A stretch of 64,000 nucleotides of DNA, taken from contig NC_042997.1 in NCBI RefSeq assembly GCF_006345805.1, forward strand, positions 138,384,001-138,448,000, read 5' to 3'. Under the pieces are notes generated by a model. The model was given only the letters and a program-made list of their open reading frames with translations. It did no database searches and was not told the DNA's origin. Position numbers and translations under genes: made by a program. Source of the stretch: Octopus sinensis. Its lineage: Eukaryota. This document shows positions 26,559 to 40,606 of the stretch, one piece after another; within the stretch, counting starts at the first letter, position 1, and each line of letters begins with the position of its first letter.

Positions 26559-27420
26559 CACACATACACACAGAGGCATATTTCTGTGGACATGTGTGTT
26601 AGTGTACATACACTCTAGTAATTAATTTAGATAATTTTTACTCTGTGTTTCCATTCATCTAATCAAATGATTTTTATATACCACAAATAGTACGCTACTA
26701 AACCATTTTGTGGCTGGAGTTTTGCTAATTATAATGTTGGCATGACTACCAAGCTCCACTAACAAGATGAACCAAAAATATATAAAGCTTAGGAAACCCA
26801 GAACAGTAGTTTGACAAATCCACAACTGGCAACACTTTGAAGTTACTGTCTTACTCTCTTTTTCATAGTAAATACAAACATAAGTGTGTGTGTCTGCTTG
26901 TTCCTTCACCTGTGTTGATCTTTTGTTTTCTGTAAATTCAAACTATATATATATATATATATATACACACATGTGCACAAACACATGTGTGTGTGTAAAT
27001 GTTCTCAATGTTGCACCTTTGTTTTTGTTTCCTGATTGTATTAATCTCTTAGACTGGGTTGATTAACCTGTAAGATCCATCCATTGTAACTTCTGTATTA
27101 AGGCTTTTTTTCTAAACTTATTTCATGTGTATTGCTTCATTTTTCCATTTTCTGGATGGTTTTGAAAATGAAAGTTCTCCACAATAAATGTCTTTACATT
27201 AGTTGACCCCAAGTTCCTGCCTTTATTTAAAAAAAAATTCTATCGTATTTATTTTATTTGTGTTTTGCGACTTTTTCTTCATGAGTCTTCATGAGTTATC
27301 TTTCATAAAGTTTAGATTTATATTGTAAATGAATGAATCCACTTCTGATGCCAGGTCTTACAGCAAAATAAACTTTAACTCATAGAGAGATAAACCCTAT
27401 TAATAATAAAAATATTATTA

Positions 27421-27456
<36 letters not shown>

Positions 27457-27734
27457 CGCGCATGCATGCATGCGCATGCATGCATGCGCATGCATTCACA
27501 CACAAACAAAATTGGACAGACTCCAAAGAGACTGGTGTTAGCAAGGGTTGTATTATTTAGTAAAATCAATAAAAAGAGTGCAGTGGAGTTAGTGAGACAG
27601 CAGAGTTTTGCATCTTCTGCTGTCTCTCATTAATTTCTTTCCTGTCAACTTTTACCTGAAGGACTTTGTCTGAAATGTTGGATTTTCCACACCCCACAAC
27701 AAATTCACTGGTCTCTTTTTTTATATATCTATTT

Positions 27735-27789
<55 letters not shown>

Positions 27790-30324
27790 TACACACATAT
27801 ATATAAATATAGTAAAATAGATATAAAAAAAAACTCACGTACACACATGCATTGATATAAATTTTTTTTTCACTATTTCAGCTTAAGAAGGATTATAGGA
27901 TTTGGTGTTGGTACTGGAGCCAATATTTTGGTTAGATACAGTGTAAGTATATTTATTTAGACTTTATTATTGTGTAGATGTCATAAAAGTTGTTTTGAGA
28001 TTTATTAGCATACTGTTTTTAATATTCGGTGGTATAATATTAATATTTAATATTCCTGAACAATCTTAGAAGGGAGATCATTTGAGGTAGGCTTTGCAGT
28101 GGGGGGAAGCCCTAAGTGGTCATTACGTTACCGCCTAAAGCTAAAGTCTTGTTTTCAGTCTCAATCAGCGCTAGGTTGTATATTGTATCGGTGAAACCTA
28201 TGTTTAAAGTAGGGAATCGAAACTGAGCGGCTCGCCTAAAGTCCTCAGACAGGTCATTCCTAAATTGAAGCCACAAAGAATACGGACTATTGGGTGCACA
28301 GTTGTGCAGTATAACAGCAAAAAGTGTCCTGAGGCTTCCAGGCGAGTTGGATACACAAGCCTCTGATAAGCAGGCTTGCCACTGCCTGTCATCTTCAAGA
28401 AGACCGCGCTGTTAACATGCCTCCTTGTATGTTGCAAAAACATTTTCATCCATAGTTCTTAAATCCTGAAAGCAAGTTGGGCCTGTTACTTCATGTAAAA
28501 GAAGACGGAGATGAAATCATTCAGTCTGATTTGGGTGCACTGTATAAACATACCCAAGGCAATCATCGAACTTAATGCCTTTGTGCACTTCAACAGTTTT
28601 ACCTGTCTTCCTTCTCCTCCACATCTTGTTCCAGGTGTAGTAAGATGGAACCTGGGAGTAAAGGAGTGTCCGTGCAAAAGGATCAACCTGACAAAGTTTA
28701 AAAAATGCAGTAAGTGTATTGTCTGATGGAGCCTGTGCTACCTGGGCAGTAGTGACTTCACTGAAATACACTCTTTGGCCATTTTCCAGATGAACAGCAA
28801 GCTGAACAACGGCAGGATACCTTTTGTGTATTGGAAAACCGAACATATGCCAAAACGCTTCATTGCTGCTTATGTACTGTGCAGCCTGGTATTGCATTAC
28901 TTCATCATGTTGGTTAATGCCTTGGAGGCCAAACATGGCGGCATCGGACCCTTTATTAATGTATTTGCAGATATATTTGATTGATCTGATGGAATTGCAA
29001 AATTCAACGTTGATATGCACTTTAAATGTCTTTGAAAGAAGCGGACAGTAAGGTACTATCCATCTATTGTCAACTTCAAATTTCCCTATGGTTAAGGTTA
29101 AGCCTCCGTCGCATGACTTCCTATGCCTATACAGTGGGTACCCGTCTTGAGCAGTTTGAGTCTGGGACACAAATTTTTGGGAATAATTCTTAGAGCATAC
29201 ACCATTTATCAAGCAATCTTTTCTGGGAAGAGCTGATCCTGAAGACTCTGGATAGTACTGGCTATTGTGCAAATGTTACTTATGTCATCATCTTCATTTC
29301 CGTTTTCTGGAACTTCACCATTACCAAGAAGGAGAATGTCCCTCGCAAAATCTACTGACAATGGGTCCTCATGGAGGCATGCTATCATATGTCTAATATG
29401 GTCCATGATGAAGTTATTCTGTTTAATGTCGGAATATTGAATGATTAAGAAATTAGAATGACAAAAGAATTAATAACTATGGATTTCATTAGCTTATAAC
29501 TATTTCTGCTTATAAGGTGGAATGCAGCTTCATCAGAGTTTATTGCACTTCATGTTTGAAACTTTGATGAAGCTGTAGAGTAATGCCCAAGCACTCAACT
29601 ATGAGTGTATTGCATCTTATAGCAGAAACGGCTGTGAGCTAATTAAGTTCATAACCTAATCGTTCCTTCCTTTGTCATTTTAATTTCCTATTACCACTTT
29701 GTACTCAACTGAAGTTACATTCTGAAGCATATGTATATTGATTAATTATTAATATGAATTATTAACTTCTAATTTCACTTATTTCCAAGAAAATTTGGAT
29801 TGTCATTATTTATATATTTATAATTATCTGCTTTACTCTTTTTTGTTATTAAATCGTATAATATGACTCTGTTCCTAATTGCCATTCCAGTTGTGTCACC
29901 CAAGCTTTGTTGATTCGTTGGTGGTGATTAATCCCACTTGTGATGCTCCTGGATGGATAGAATGGGGCTACCAAAAAGTAAGTTTTATTGTTGTTTTTGT
30001 TGATGTTGATATTTTTCACAAACTAGAAATTAGCTCTTTTTCCCTTAAAAAATTAATTTTGTTATTTTCTATGAGGTGAGAAGCAGTACCCATGATCTTT
30101 GCAATCCCCATCAGATTAATGGGGTAGTTATCATTTAACCTTAGGTCTACACTAACTGAGCAGACCTGTGATCAAAATGTCTTGAGTCATGATCATTCTG
30201 TTTACTTGGGCATTGAGCTATGTTTCCTCTAAGTTTAAGGAAGTGAGTACAAATATCCATCATGAAAATCACCAGGCCACTTTCTGGATCTGGTCTGATT
30301 CACCTCATTATATTTTTGCCCTGT

Positions 30325-30383
<59 letters not shown>

Positions 30384-33300
30384 CATGGCCTTGTATCAGT
30401 TACAAAAAATCAAATGAAACCAAAAATTTGTTATTCAAATACAAACTTGTATAAAAGTTTTCTACTTTATGATAATGGGTATTCTAAGTCTTTTTTTTCT
30501 TTGTACTTGGAATTTTGTCTGTTACATTCACTGACAGTTTTTAACCCCTTAAACCCACTGTGTAATGTATTTAATCTATTTTTGTTTTCTTTGACATTAT
30601 AGATGAACATGTGGTATTTGTTTAGTGGTCAAATGACAAACTTTACTGAAGAGTATCTCTTGTGGCATTGGTTCGGAAAGGTATGTTGTACTCCTGAATA
30701 TCTTAAGCATAATCAATAAACAAAATGTCAATAATGGTACCAAGAAAATGTGATATTAGTATCATTGTGGTTAATAAGTGGCAAACTAGTAGAATTGATA
30801 GAGTGCCTAACTAAATACATAGTGGTGTTTAGCTACAGTGCGTTACATTCTGAGTTCAAATCCAGTGGGAGAAAGATTGCAGCATTGTCTTTCAGCTCTC
30901 TGGATTTGACAAAATAAATATCAAATATATTCATATTTGGTACCCCATTTTGAGGGGTTTTGTCTTGTGAGTATTTGGTGAATTCACTAGTGTTGGTATC
31001 ACCAAGAAAAGAAAAGCATTTAGCACATTGTGATGTGATTGGTGCATCCACTTGTAAAAGGGCATCCACTTTTAGAAACCATGCTAAAGCAGATATTGGT
31101 GTGCAATGTTCTGGCATCTTGGTTCCTAACAAAATGTCCAACCCATGTCAGCATGGAAAAATGGTTGTTAAATAATGATTCTGAAGTTGAGTCCAATCAT
31201 CTAATCCTCTCCCTTTACAAAATGGTTGCCCTGTGCTCATAATGTAAGACCTCATTATTATTTTGGGGAATAAGGCAACTAGCTGGCAGAATCGTTAGCA
31301 CACTGGGCAAAATGCTTAGAAGCATTTTGTCCGTCTTTATGTTCTGAGTTCAAATTCCACCAAGGTTGACTTCACCTTTCATCCTTTCAAGGTTGATAAA
31401 ATAAGTACCAGTTGAGCACTGGAGTTGATGTAATCAAGCTAAAGCATAATTAACAAAAGCCATAACTGTAACATTATCCCATTCCTTTCAACTGTAAATG
31501 TGTGGTCTACCTCCTCAATAAGTAATCATTATTTTTATTGATTTTCATCATTGGTACAAGTAACACATTTTAGTGGAAAGTATAGTTGATTAACCCAACC
31601 TCTTTACTTTCAGTGGCACTTTATCAGTCCCCAGAAGGGTGAAAGGCAAATTTGAACCCAATGTAGCGGATCGTATCTAAATGTTTCAGAGGATTTTCTT
31701 AGACACTCTAACAATTCTACCATCCACCATATGATTGTTAACCCTTTAGCATTTAAACTGGCCATATCCGACCAAAATATTGTATCTTTTTTATGTTCAA
31801 GCCATCCCAATCCAGCCTCTCACACCTCTTCTACAATAGACTATCACATATCAAAAGCTCTAAGATATCAAAAACAATATGCATAAATAAGCATTATATT
31901 TGACAGAATAATCTGAATGCTAAAAGGTTAAGGCATTGGACAGCTAGTAAACTGGTGGAGCAGTTTGTGATATATAGTTATGTCCCTTTGCATTATGAGT
32001 TCAAATTTAATTGGAATTAACTTTATCATTCATCCCTCAGTGTCAATACAAGAAGCACAAGTATTGATGTTGATTAAATTGACTTTACTCGTAACCGAAC
32101 GTTTGTGGCCTTTGTTATTGTTTTATTATTTTATATGATTGTGTTAATATACAAAATTATTATTTCATATAATTATTGTTTTTACCTAGAAAACTCGATG
32201 GGAAAACCATGATCTAGTCAATGTGTACAAGGACTGCATCAAAGCTATTAATCCACAAAACCTGGCATTATTCATAGAATCTTATCTGAGGTAGATACTT
32301 TTAAACTTTTTAAACTTTCATTAAGAATCCATAAATTGGATAAAGTTTAGCAAAGTTATATTTCTTTTCTATTCTTCTATTTCAGACGAACTGATCTTGG
32401 CTTGATCCGAGAACTGGATAATATTCGCAGGAACACTGTGAAGAATGTAAAGTAAGTGTCAAGAATCTTTGTTTTCTTTTTATATGGGTTGTATATGGCA
32501 AGCTGGCAGAAGCGTTAGCATGTCAGGCAAAATTTTTAGTAGCATTTTATCTGTTCTTACGTTTTGAGTTCAAATTCCACTGAAGTTGACTTTGCTTTTC
32601 ATCCCTTTCAAGGTCGATAAATTAAGAACCAAAGGAGTACTGGGGTCGATGTAATTGACTTAACTTTCCCCCAAAATCTCAGGCCTTGTGCCTACAGTAA
32701 AAAGGATTATATGGATTGTATTTCTTTATGCATTTCAGCCCTGTTTACTGTGACTCTTTATCTCCTCTTTTGTCTGTTCTAACTATTTCTTTAAAATATT
32801 TCCTTAATTTGCCTCCACTGGTGGTACCCTTTAACTGCTAACTCCTATCACTTTCTGAATATGGCCTATATAATTTATTCAGATTATATTTCATACTAAT
32901 ATTAGTATATCCTTAGCTAATCTCTTTGTCCAACTAGTTCTTCAACTCCCTTGTGCTCAATCTTTCTCACACACACACACATAGCTTATCCAATAGAAAA
33001 CACTAAACTGTTTTTCCAGCTGGGTTAGCCATATATCTCCTCTACAAAAAGACACCTGTTCCCATCCCTCTATCAAAACTTGGCATAAGCCACCTTCTTC
33101 AATACTACACCCTTTCACTCAAGAGGTCTTGTCTTGTGAGCTACTTGGTGACCTCACTAGTGCCAGTGACATAAAAAAAAAGCACCCACCACACTCTGTA
33201 AAGTGATAGATGTGAGGAAGTGCATTCAGCTATTGAAACCATGGCAGAACAGACATTTGAGCATGACACAGTGCTATGACCTGTAATCCTGTCAAACCAC

Positions 33301-36300
33301 CCAGTCCATGCTGGCGTGGAAGACAGACAATAATGTTGATATCTAAGCAACCATTTTAGATTTTTTAGTATTCATTACCATTTGTTGTATCTTTTGTATG
33401 AAAACAAACGTTTTGTTTCCAAGACTTGTTCCACACGTTCTTCTAACTTTAGTTACTAAGTTATCACTAGATTTAGTAAAAATGCATCACCAGATTATTT
33501 CTATGTTTTGGGTGCCTGCCATACAATTAATGATCTTCAGTTCATGTACAATTACTATGTAAGCCACTCTTATGCCTCTGTTATATCTCATCAATTCAAA
33601 AACACACTTCTTGCTAAGGCCAGTGCCATGGATCAGAAAACATGGAATAGCATCATCACCAGAGTCCATCATTCAGCAACACCCACAGCTGTGTATTGGC
33701 TAAGAGGGCAGCATCTCTCTCCAGTCACCAGCTAAGGATTTTACTTACTTAGCCAGTTTTTGGACAATCTACAGTATATTGCATGCTTACCTTCTTCTGC
33801 ACATTATTCAAGATCCATTTTTCTGTTGTTCTCTAAGTATTTGGCCCATACAATGAACAGGTGAACTAAAGCATACTCTTTTAAACCCTTTTATAGATTT
33901 TGCAATAGGCCTCAATAAGCAATCAGTCATGAATTCCTTTGATGATACCATTTAATGGTGTCCTGGAAGTAGGAGGTCAAGAAAGAATATGTTACATTTT
34001 AGCGTTCTACAATGAAAAGAAATGTGTTGAGAATAGACATTTGGGAATAACTTAGCATATAGTAAATTTCTCAGTAATCATGATCTTTAATGATCACTCT
34101 CTTATTTACTTAATTGAAGTGAGCTCACAACACATATATCTACACAGAGCTTTCTTATTGCTTACCTGACTGTTGAGCATGGAATCTTGTCAAAATCTTT
34201 CTCAAATATTAAAAAAAAAAAGAAGGAAAATATTTCTTTGTGACATATTTATCATTTAGTTGACTTCACAAATATACCATTTGGGCAGCCCCTATGCTTT
34301 ATTAGAAACAAAGACTTCATCTCGAGAATTATTACTTTATTCTGTACAAGCTTTTCTTTCTACCACCTTCATTACTTCTCTTTTGAGTCACGAAGTATGA
34401 TTATAAGACCCTGGAATTATACATGGTTCTTTCTAACGATTGAACTTGCTTACAATATTCTAATATTTTATAATTAGTTACAGAATCAAGGTGGTAAGCT
34501 GCAGAATTGTCAGCATGCTGGACAAAATGTTTAGTGACATTTCTTCCAGATTTATGTTCTGAGTCCAAATTCCACTGAGGTTGACTTTGCTTTCATCCTT
34601 TCAGGGTCAGTAAAATAAATACTAGTCAAGCACTGAGATCAGTGTAATCAACCAGCCTCATCTCTCAAAATTTCAGGCCTTGTCCCTTTAGTAGAATGAA
34701 TTATTTATAGGATTATAATACAACAATATGGTGTTTTTTTTAATCTTTCAGATGCCGCACTATGCTGCTGGTTGGTGATGACTCTCCTCATCTTGATGAA
34801 GTTGTTAATATGAATGGAAGGATGGATCCTCAGGAGACTGATTTTGTTAAGGTATTTCATTGCTGCTTTTTTTCATTCTTTAACTTTTCATTTGAATTCA
34901 TGAAACAAGACCTATTATTGTTCACAGTAAGATGTTGACTATGTAATTCTGATGTGAAAATCTTATTCTAGTATTCTAGTATTTCTTAGTTTGTTATGTT
35001 GCTGTTATCTTCTTTGTTTTACTTGTGTTTGTCATTGGACTATGCCCATGTTGGTGTACCACCATGAAGGCTTACCTGAACAAATAGACCCTAATAATAG
35101 TTTTTAAGTCTGGTACTTATTTTATTGGGCACTTTTACACCCAGTAAAAATCATCCAGTACACTCTGTAAAGTAGTTGACATTAGGAAGGGAATCCAGCT
35201 GTAGAAACTAAGCCAAAACCTGGTGCAGCCCCTGGCCTTGCCATCTCTTGTTAAGCTGTCCAACCTATGCCAGTATGGAAAACAGATGTTAAATGTTGAT
35301 GATGATGGTGTTGTTTGTCTCCACCATACCACTTGACAACCAGTGTTGGGTTGTTAATGTCCCTGTAGTTTAGTGGTTTAGCGAAAGAAGTCAATAGAAT
35401 AAGTACCAGGCTTAAAAAGCAATTTGTTTGATTAAACAATTCAAAATAGTACCCCAGTAAAAGATAAAAAATAACCTGTTATTTTCAAATAAAAAAAATT
35501 CCGTTTTTGTTTTAGATTGCTGATTGTGGTGGTATGCCCCTTGAGGAGCAACCAGCCAAAGTGTGTGAGGCTTTCCGGTACTTTCTTCAAGGAATGGGCT
35601 ACAGTAAGTAACCATATACTCTCTCTGCTTACTCATATTCCACTTTCGCCCCACCTTTTTTTTTTCATCTCTAGTATTTGTTAGTCTTCAATTAGTAAAC
35701 TTCACCATGTCTAATTTTTCTTTCTCTGAACTCTTGGAATATTTAAAAAATTGACCCTAATCACTGCATGATAAGCTAACCATAACATTTTTCATGCTCA
35801 CAGTTAACATTTCACCTGCTTTCATTCATTAAGGATAAATTTCATTCAATTGCGAAAGTGATTATCTTCATTTGTCTGTCTCACTTGCGGTTCTAATACA
35901 GCAGTGCATTGTGGCTCGATTATTTTTTTTTTTTCATCTTCAGCTTTATTTAAATCAAGTAATGTGTGCTGTAGAACTACTTGAAATACATTCAGAGATA
36001 TGCTATATTTTGCTTCTTAATTAAAAGGTGTCAACTTAAGATGAATGGTTATTATCATCTAATTTATCATTCCATAAAGTTTATGCACATTCACTGGAAA
36101 AGACACCATCGTCTTGGTGGCTTTACCCTGCTTTATGTAATATATATATTGTCTTTTAAAATATATACATGTGTGTGTATATTACATAAATATACATTTA
36201 TGTAATATATATATATTGTCTTTTTAAATATATACACGTGTTAGCAGAAATCATGCTAAACCAGACTGGAGTCTGGTGCAGTACATCAGTTTACCAGCCC

Positions 36301-37083
36301 TGGTCAAATGATCCGATCTATGCCAGCATGGACAACAGATGCTAGATGATGATGATGATAAATATACACATACACACCAACATACATATATACATATATG
36401 TATCTGTGTATAAATATATACACATGTATATATTTATATATATATAATATACATGTTGAGAAGACCTGTCAAGCCAAGTGAAATCACAGTTGTGGCCATT
36501 GTTGGTGTCACACAACTAGCATGTAAAAAACACCTTTTGAGTGTTAGGCCTCACAGAGTCAATGTGGCCGATACTGGTGTCACTCAACTAGCACCTGTGT
36601 TGGTGGTATGTAAAAGCACTCATTACACTCTTGGAGTGGTTGGCATTAGGAAGGGCATCCAGCCGCAGAAACCATGCCAAACCAGACTGGAGTCTGGTGC
36701 AGCACATCAGCTTACCAGCCCTGGTCAAACCATCTGATCTATGCCAGTATGGACAACAGATGCTAAATGATGATGATAATAAATACACACACACACATGC
36801 ACCAACATACATGCATACATATATGTATGTGCGTGTATATATACACACATGCATACATTTTTACACAATTAGAGATATGTTCTATTTTTTTCTTTATAAC
36901 CAGCTTTATAATAAAGCAGTATCATAATAAGTATTTTGAAGGAAAATTTTTTTTATTAGTCGAAAATTTTGGGATTTGGTGCATAACATCTTTAACTATA
37001 GACTTAAATTGTAAAAATTTTCTGCTTTAAAAAAAAATTTTTTTACAAGATGCTGATTATTATATTGCTCTCCAGCTCACTCT

Positions 37084-37122
<39 letters not shown>

Positions 37123-37478
37123 TGTATATGGTGAGCTGGCAGAATCGTTAGCATGCTGCATGAAATGCTTAGTGGTGTCTTGTCTTTATGTTCAGAGTTC
37201 AAATTCTGCAGAGGTTGGTTTTGCTTTTCATTCATTCGGGGTCGATAAAATAAATACCAGTTGAGCACTGGGGTTGATGTAATCGACTTAATTACTTCTG
37301 AGTAAGAGTACAAAACTGCATTCTCTGCCAAGCCATGTTGAGCCAGTGTGGAAGAGTAGGCTTATCAAACCAGTATGATCCCAAGCCATTTTCTGGTGGA
37401 GAGAACAAGCTGAGGCCCTCATTCAGCAGTGGACTGAACATAGACAATCAAACCGAGTCCAATCCAATATATATATAT

Positions 37479-37537
<59 letters not shown>

Positions 37538-37711
37538 GGAAGGGTATCCAGCTATAAAAACCATGCCAAAACAGATAGTGGATGTAGCCGAAATCCTCTG
37601 GCTTGCCATCTCCTGTCAAACTGTTCAACCCTTACCAACATGGAAGACAGACGTTAAATGATGATGATATGTATATACGTGTGTGTATATGTGTGTATGT
37701 ATATATATATA

Positions 37712-37774
<63 letters not shown>

Positions 37775-38303
37775 TCACACATATATACACTACTATACTG
37801 GAAGCAGGCTGGACGATGATACACTATGTGGAGCTCCAAACTCCCCAGTAGTAATCATACATCTAATCGTACACACAAGAAATAATATATACATTGGCAG
37901 CTGCATTGCTATACCTTCAGGAATGGCAATGTTGTTAAGAAGTTTGCTTCCTAACCACATGATTCTGTGTTCAGTCCCACTAGGTGTCACCTTGGGCAAG
38001 TATCTTCTACTAGAACTTTGCGCCAACCAAAACCTTCCGAGTGAATTTAATTGATGAAAACTGAAAGAAGCTTGCCTCACACACACACACACTGATGTAT
38101 ATGTGTGTGTGTGTCCTTGTGATAGCTGTAAAGTCGTTATCACTGTTATACAAGCAGTGTCATTCATTTCTAGTATTCTGTGAAGACATGTCTAGCCATG
38201 GGGAAGCAGGTTCATGACAGAAAAACCATCCTTCCTGCCTTAATAAATTCTGCTTAGCCCATGGAAAGTGAAAGTTAAAAGGATGATGATGATATATGTG
38301 TGT

Positions 38304-38350
<47 letters not shown>

Positions 38351-40459
38351 TGTGTAATTTAAAAGTGCTTGAAGGCACAATAGTTTACCAAAAGATTTGG
38401 CTAGGGAAGCAGTTTCACATGCTACTCCTATTCTTCACATAATGCCCATCATATCCTTAGATTGGGTAGTGTGTGAAGTTCAGACTATGTCATATAGTAA
38501 TATATGATTCACTGAAAATGAAATTGGTATTTTGAAGCTTTATGTAACATATTAGCTCTTCTGCACATCTATTGTCACTTTGAATAAGTCAATTAACCAA
38601 GTTGCACAATCCGGTTGGAACACTTCCTTGTTATTTTCAGCAAAATATGTGTTAATAAATAAATATGTGTATGTATGTATGTGTGTTTGTGTATATGCTT
38701 GTTTTAACATTCTGTGGTGGTTCTATATGAGCATCACCTTGATATTGTTGGAAAAGCCAGGGATTGGCTGCATGACTTTTTGTAAGATAGTAGTTAGACA
38801 GTTGCAGCCAATGCTGCTCTCTGTCTCTGATGAGACATCAACTCTTGATGGAGTCCCTCGGAGAACTGTACTTGGACCACTACTGTTTGTGGTGGCTTTC
38901 TCAGATATGCCCTTACTCATACAATCAGCCACTCACATCAACTATGCTGATGATGTAAAAGTGTGAAGGCACATGGCTTTGTGGTTAGAGTAGCAAAGGC
39001 TCATGATCCTAATGTCATGAGTTTGATTCCGGGCAGTATGTTGTGTCCTTGAGCAAGACTCTTTATTTCACATTGCTCCAGTCCACTCAGCTGACAAAAA
39101 TGATTTATATCTGTAATTCAAAGGGCTGGTCTTGTTAAATTCTATGTCACACTGAATCTCCCTGAGAACTATGCTAAAGGTATGCATGTCTGTAGAGTGC
39201 TCAGCTTTTTGCATGTTAGTTTCACAAAGCAGACTGTTCCATTGATTGGATCAACTTGTGGAACATTAGCCATCAGAATTGACAAAATATCCATGATGTA
39301 AAAGTATCACAAGTAGTCAAAGACCTTGACGATAAGTCAAAACAACAGATCTAAATGCTTTATACAAGTGTGCTGAAGAAAGCATGTAATACAGTGTTGA
39401 GAAATTTCAAGCTCTCTCCTATTAATCCACAAACAGGTTGCAATCAGAATTGTTGGAACTAAGAGGTATTGCAATTCTGGAGCCAGAGTTGGTGCATTAC
39501 CTGAGGATCCATGAGTAAATGAAGTGTCATTCATTCTGTGTGCATATTACTGACAAGGCCACACCGTGCAAGCAACTGACAGGCTGGATCCTGAGATCAT
39601 TTGGAAAACAGAAAAAAACCGAAAGTATGTTATTCCTATGGACTAATTGCCCGGATTACTGCTCCTAATTGTGTTTGCTACTACACATCAAACGAACTGT
39701 TGAACCCGAGACAATTAAACATCTCTGCATGGAGAAGATTACCTCAATGCAACAGATGAGCTACTGGGAGAGGCTGAAAGAACTGAGGTTCTACTCTCTA
39801 GAAAGAAGATGTGAAAATATGTAGTGATATATATATATATATATATAATATATATATATATGTATGTATGTATATGTATGTATATATGTATGTATGTATA
39901 TGTATGTATATATGTATGTATGTATATGTATGTATATATGTATGTATGTATATGTATGTATATATGTATGTATGTATATGTATGTATATATGTATGTATG
40001 TATATGTATGTATATATGTATGTATGTATATATATGATATATATATATGTATATGTATGTATATGTATGTATATATATAATATGTATGTATGTATATGTA
40101 TGTATATATATATGTATATGTATGTATATGTATGTATATATATATATGTATATATGTATATGTATGTATATGTATGTATATATATATATGTATGTATGTA
40201 TATGTATGTATATATATATATATATATATGTATGTATATGTATGTATATATATATATATATGTTAGGAAGGGCATCCAGCCGTAGAAACACTGCCAGATT
40301 TGACTGGGCCTGATGAAGCCTTCTGGCTTCACAGACCCCAGTAGAACCGTCCAACCCATGCTAGCATGGAAAACGGACGCTAAATGATGATGATGATGAT
40401 GATGATATATATATGTATGTATGTATATGTATGTATATATATATGTATGTATATGTATG

Positions 40460-40490
<31 letters not shown>

Positions 40491-40575
40491 ATGTATGTAT
40501 ATATATATGTATGTATATGTATGTATATATATATATATATAGTATGTATATGTATGTATATATATATATATATAT

Positions 40576-40606
<31 letters not shown>

